DNA of 9,245 nt, taken from contig PRDJ01000004.1 in assembly GCA_003345555.1 (NCBI GenBank), positions 1 through 9,245 of the forward strand. Reading direction: 5' to 3'. Both the position numbers and the translations under genes were made by a program. This document shows, one piece after another, positions 7,401-9,245 of this stretch. The notes beneath the pieces were generated by a model. It had not been told where the DNA came from. It ran no database searches and saw nothing but the letters and a program-made list of their open reading frames with translations. Source of the stretch: Candidatus Thorarchaeota archaeon (lineage in GTDB: Archaea > Asgardarchaeota > Thorarchaeia > Thorarchaeales > Thorarchaeaceae). Every line of letters starts with the position of its first letter. The stretch's first letter is position 1.

Positions 7401-9245
7401 TTTCATACGTTGCTATGCCAGTGAAGTAAAGCTTGACGGTCACCCAAGAACTGGGGGCTCCATCTTCCTGTGAACTCACCCATGCTTCAAGGGTGTGAAC
7501 ACCAGGACTGAGAAATCCCAGAGTGTCCCACAGACTCACGGGAATAAAGCTCACATAGCGGTATCCTGTTGGAGAGTCGGCGAACATCACATGACTCATA
7601 TCATAGATGAAGGTCAATGTCTGTCCGGGAGATATTACGTTTCCCCTAACCTCATTAGGCGCGATAGTATAAGTCCCAATCCAGCCTCCAATACCATCCA
7701 GTCTGAACATGATCGCGCGTATCCCTGCCCAGTCCCTCGATGAACAATGGGCTGTGATCTCCATTGTGCACGAGGAGTAGGGCATGTTTGGTATTGTGAA
7801 GGTCTGAGTCGTAGGATTGGGCCAGTTTCCATAGACCTCTTCGAACGGAACCAATGGATCAAATGGGACGGCTGTGGTTATGGTGACAACTGGTGGACTA
7901 GTATCATCGTCCACGATTGTCACTGTGTCTTCTGCTGTGGAGCTATCTTGATCCAGCGGCCCCCAGTCCAAATCGGCATTAGTTGCGGTCACGTTGATTT
8001 CATGCGCCCCCAAGGAGTTAGGTACCGCGTATTCACCTGCTAAGGTGCCTACCAGATTTCCATCAACTTTCACGATAATAGTGCCAATTCCACTCTCAGG
8101 ATCAACTAGTGAGACTGTCCAGATGCCTGGACTCCCATCGGTAGCATCACCTGTATAGATTATCGTTATCGTCGGTCCTGTGATATCGTCATCGATCTTG
8201 ACAACCTCGAATAGAGTTTGCACATTGCCTGCATGGTCAGTAGAGGAATAGTAGACTTTATTCTCACCCTGAGTTGAGATAGTGAAAGGTCCTGAATAGC
8301 GAATCCAATTCGCACCATCCAGACTATACAAGGTCTCTGCAACACCCGAGATATCATCGCACGGTAGCAGAGTCATAATGACAGGAGAAACGTACCAATC
8401 ACCTACGTCGGGTGGTCTGTCAGCGGCGCTTTCGATTCTCGGCGCCATCTTGTCTATCTTCATGGCACCGTCTTCACGACGCTCATGTGCAACATCAAAG
8501 GCAAAAACTGCTACCCGAATCTCGCTACTGTCCACCGGAACAGTGACCGTGAAGGTAATTTCGTTGCCAGCACCATCAACCCTGTCGAAGTAGTGCCAGG
8601 AAGAATACGAGTCCCACATGTAGAACCATGCCATGGTGATTCCTGACAGGGAGTCGGTCACCGTGATCGTCGCCACGACCTCTGTGACGTACCAACCATT
8701 GTCACCCATCGTTCCATCAAGACTGATGACTATCGCAGGCGCCGTCTTGTCTATCCTGAAGGACTGTGATTCTGCTGCCTCCAGATTGCCGGCCTGGTCT
8801 GTGGAGTAGTAGCTGACTGTGTGTTCACCATCTCCCGATACAGTGAATGGGCCTTGATATCTTGTCCATGTCCCGCTATCAAGGCTGTAGTATGTCGTAG
8901 CCACTCCAGAGAGAACATCAGTGGCACTCAGGGTCACCGGGACATCCGTGTAGTACCAGCCACTCTCCGCGCTCCCTCCCAGCGCAATCGAGGTGTCAGG
9001 TGCCATCTTGTCTATCTTCATGGCACCGTCTTCACGACGCTCATGTGCAACATCAAAGGCAAAAACTGCTACCCGAATCTCCCAACTGTCCACCGGAACA
9101 GTGACCGTGAAGATAGCTTCGTTGCCAGTATCATAAACCCTCTCGAGGTAGTGCCAGGAAGAATACGAGTCCCACATGTAGAACCATGCCATGGTGATTC
9201 CTGACAGGGAGTCGGTCACCGTGATCGTCGCCACGACCTCTGTGA
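4492..9245 (-). CDS. Giant secreted/surface protein, 5'-partial (>1580 aa): tandem ~88-99-aa Ig-like beta-sandwich repeats (OmpL47-type-like), two Big/Ig-like domains and a C-terminal 'GGGW...GGNIVIH' domain
   Basis: Frame is open to the window edge. Recurrent repeat consensus 'D..(A/P)P.T......WY.S.V.......D..SGV..TYY.LD.G.W..Y.GPF....DG.HTV.YYS.D.AGN.E'. Repeat units at about 8737-8997, 8173-8439, 6898-7164, 6631-6897, 6367-6630, 6097-6366, 5827-6096 and 5560-5826. Variant units at 8998->9245 and 8440-8736; a second Ig type at 7891-8172 and within 7165-7890. Asp/Thr/Ser/Tyr rich, with no C-terminal transmembrane helix. Confidence 0.9.
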   Translation of the reverse strand, partial: TEVVATITVTDSLSGITMAWFYMWDSYSSWHYLERVYDTGNEAIFTVTVPVDSWEIRVAVFAFDVAHERREDGAMKIDKMAPDTSIALGGSAESGWYYTDVPVTLSATDVLSGVATTYYSLDSGTWTRYQGPFTVSGDGEHTVSYYSTDQAGNLEAAESQSFRIDKTAPAIVISLDGTMGDNGWYVTEVVATITVTDSLSGITMAWFYMWDSYSSWHYFDRVDGAGNEITFTVTVPVDSSEIRVAVFAFDVAHERREDGAMKIDKMAPRIESAADRPPDVGDWYVSPVIMTLLPCDDISGVAETLYSLDGANWIRYSGPFTISTQGENKVYYSSTDHAGNVQTLFEVVKIDDDITGPTITIIYTGDATDGSPGIWTVSLVDPESGIGTIIVKVDGNLVGTLAGEYAVPNSLGAHEINVTATNADLDWGPLDQDSSTAEDTVTIVDDDTSPPVVTITTAVPFDPLVPFEEVYGNWPNPTTQTFTIPNMPYSSCTMEITAHCSSRDWAGIRAIMFRLDGIGGWIGTYTIAPNEVRGNVISPGQTLTFIYDMSHVMFADSPTGYRYVSFIPVSLWDTLGFLSPGVHTLEAWVSSQEDGAPSSWVTVKLYFTGIATYENPGHWTVSAEDPESGVDSIVVEIDGVFAGSSAGDYPVPSAVGTHTISVTAYNADLDRGLLDQEWSTASSTATVTDVVAPTTTLLVGTPFVDSYITSATSLELSPDDGLGIGVDYTRYRVNDGPWLTYEGPFFLIGEDGDYTIYYFAVDLYGNTELEKSMTFTLDNSPPVTTLHVGTPVAGDCVTSNTPLDLSADDGTGVGIASIHYKVNDGQWQTRMGSFFLEGADGEYTVYYYAVDSFGNTETELSTTLILDNSPPTTTIHIGTPEHNSYVTSDTHLGLDAIDTGSDVYATYYRINYDQWILYSGEFMLVGIDGTYCVEYYSVDMLGNTEDIYEAAYELDNTAPVSHKELSGSLGNDNWYVSSVFVTMTFDDGAGTGVASVYYILDSGAVTLYTGMFEESGNGYHSIEFWSVDNLGNIELPHNTASFKIDTEDPVTTPSLEPAIPDGNNDWYVSPVELGLTPIDVTSGVLETYYRVNSGPSVLYTGSVLFYIDGTYTVEYWSIDNAGKVETESPMYFQIDQTAPETTHEILPPFSESGDTYTYVSTTTDFVLYPTDNLAGVHETEYRLDSGKWITYAGPFNVLEIGEHTVYYKSTDMAGNVESEHSFDIVVNASELVYIDEFTGNYSDPSYLAARLIDVATQLPIEGKTIFFSVGSQTASTTTNSDGIANVTVILNQPAGSYVVSAWFVEDGEYLASSDAHDFIIEKEYALVNYTGSTVIPLSADTITLRATVFDDDDGYWGDPTKIWVTFRIYTVPLDPLNPFVTYGPYAISGTEVDGVGVFIIEVPNLPENGYLIRVSFDCEANSYYQGPSSDFVNIVVYEPTGDFATGGGWIWDSSGQKANFGFNVKYKSNGLPKGQAIYVYRVGDWQFIVKSTAWIGMAIVDNHSFFEAKCVVQQYNSVTGELLWSEGNYNLRIDVWDNAEEGLGDVFQIRVYDKNGVLWHEAGFGPYGFLQGGNIVIHIDKKE
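6367..7164 (-). repeat. Older tandem triplication of an ~89-aa Ig-like unit (267-bp period)
   Basis: The three units share 'TT(L/I)..GTP....(I/V)TS.T.L.L...D' and end 'LDN(S/T)(P/A)P'. The exact 15-mer ggcgagttgtctaga occurs at 6635-6649 and 6902-6916. Confidence 0.75.
8444..8687. repeat. Intragenic direct repeat, copy 2 (244 bp visible; 558-bp offset to copy 1)
   Basis: Base-by-base comparison with 9002-9245 gives 234/244 identity. The mismatches are at 8524, 8526, 8555, 8558, 8559, 8571, 8573, 8577, 8584 and 8589. Confidence 0.97.
9002..9245. repeat. Intragenic direct repeat, copy 1 (truncated by the window edge)
   Basis: Matches 8444-8687 at a 558-bp (186-codon) offset. Identity runs to the last base of the window. 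Confidence 0.97.

Noticed and set aside
4401-9204. Many 60-127-aa plus-strand ORFs across the giant gene
   Set aside because: Shadow ORFs opposite a 1580-codon open frame; no family signal.
8444-9245. One repeat copy acting as DGR template for the other
   Set aside because: Only 4 of the 10 differing sites have A in either copy on the coding strand, so neither copy is an adenine-only template of the other.
8444-9245. CRISPR array or IS terminal repeats
   Set aside because: The repeats are long, in-frame, domain-coding duplications; there is no spacer structure, inverted ends or transposase.

Overview
Gene-dense prokaryotic window, probably archaeal. That call is an inference from an AF1521-like macrodomain, a CoA-disulfide-reductase-like flavoprotein ending YAPP..WDP, and GAGGT(GA) ribosome-binding sites with TTG/GTG starts. 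Left to right: an LCM/TcmP-family SAM methyltransferase (-); an NADH oxidase/CoA-disulfide reductase family flavoprotein (+); a degenerate macrodomain-like gene translationally coupled behind a canonical macrodomain gene (both -); a divergent Nudix hydrolase (+); and the 3' ~4.75 kb of a giant multi-Ig-repeat surface protein (-) that runs off the right edge. Two signals stand out. (1) A >=244-bp internal repeat in the surface-protein gene has identical flanks but 10 substitutions packed into 66 bp, all amino-acid changing, which resembles targeted diversification (possibly DGR-like). (2) A macrodomain plus pseudo-macrodomain pair sits beside a Nudix enzyme, suggesting an ADP-ribose handling module. 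No RNA genes, CRISPR arrays, transposases or reverse transcriptase were recognised.
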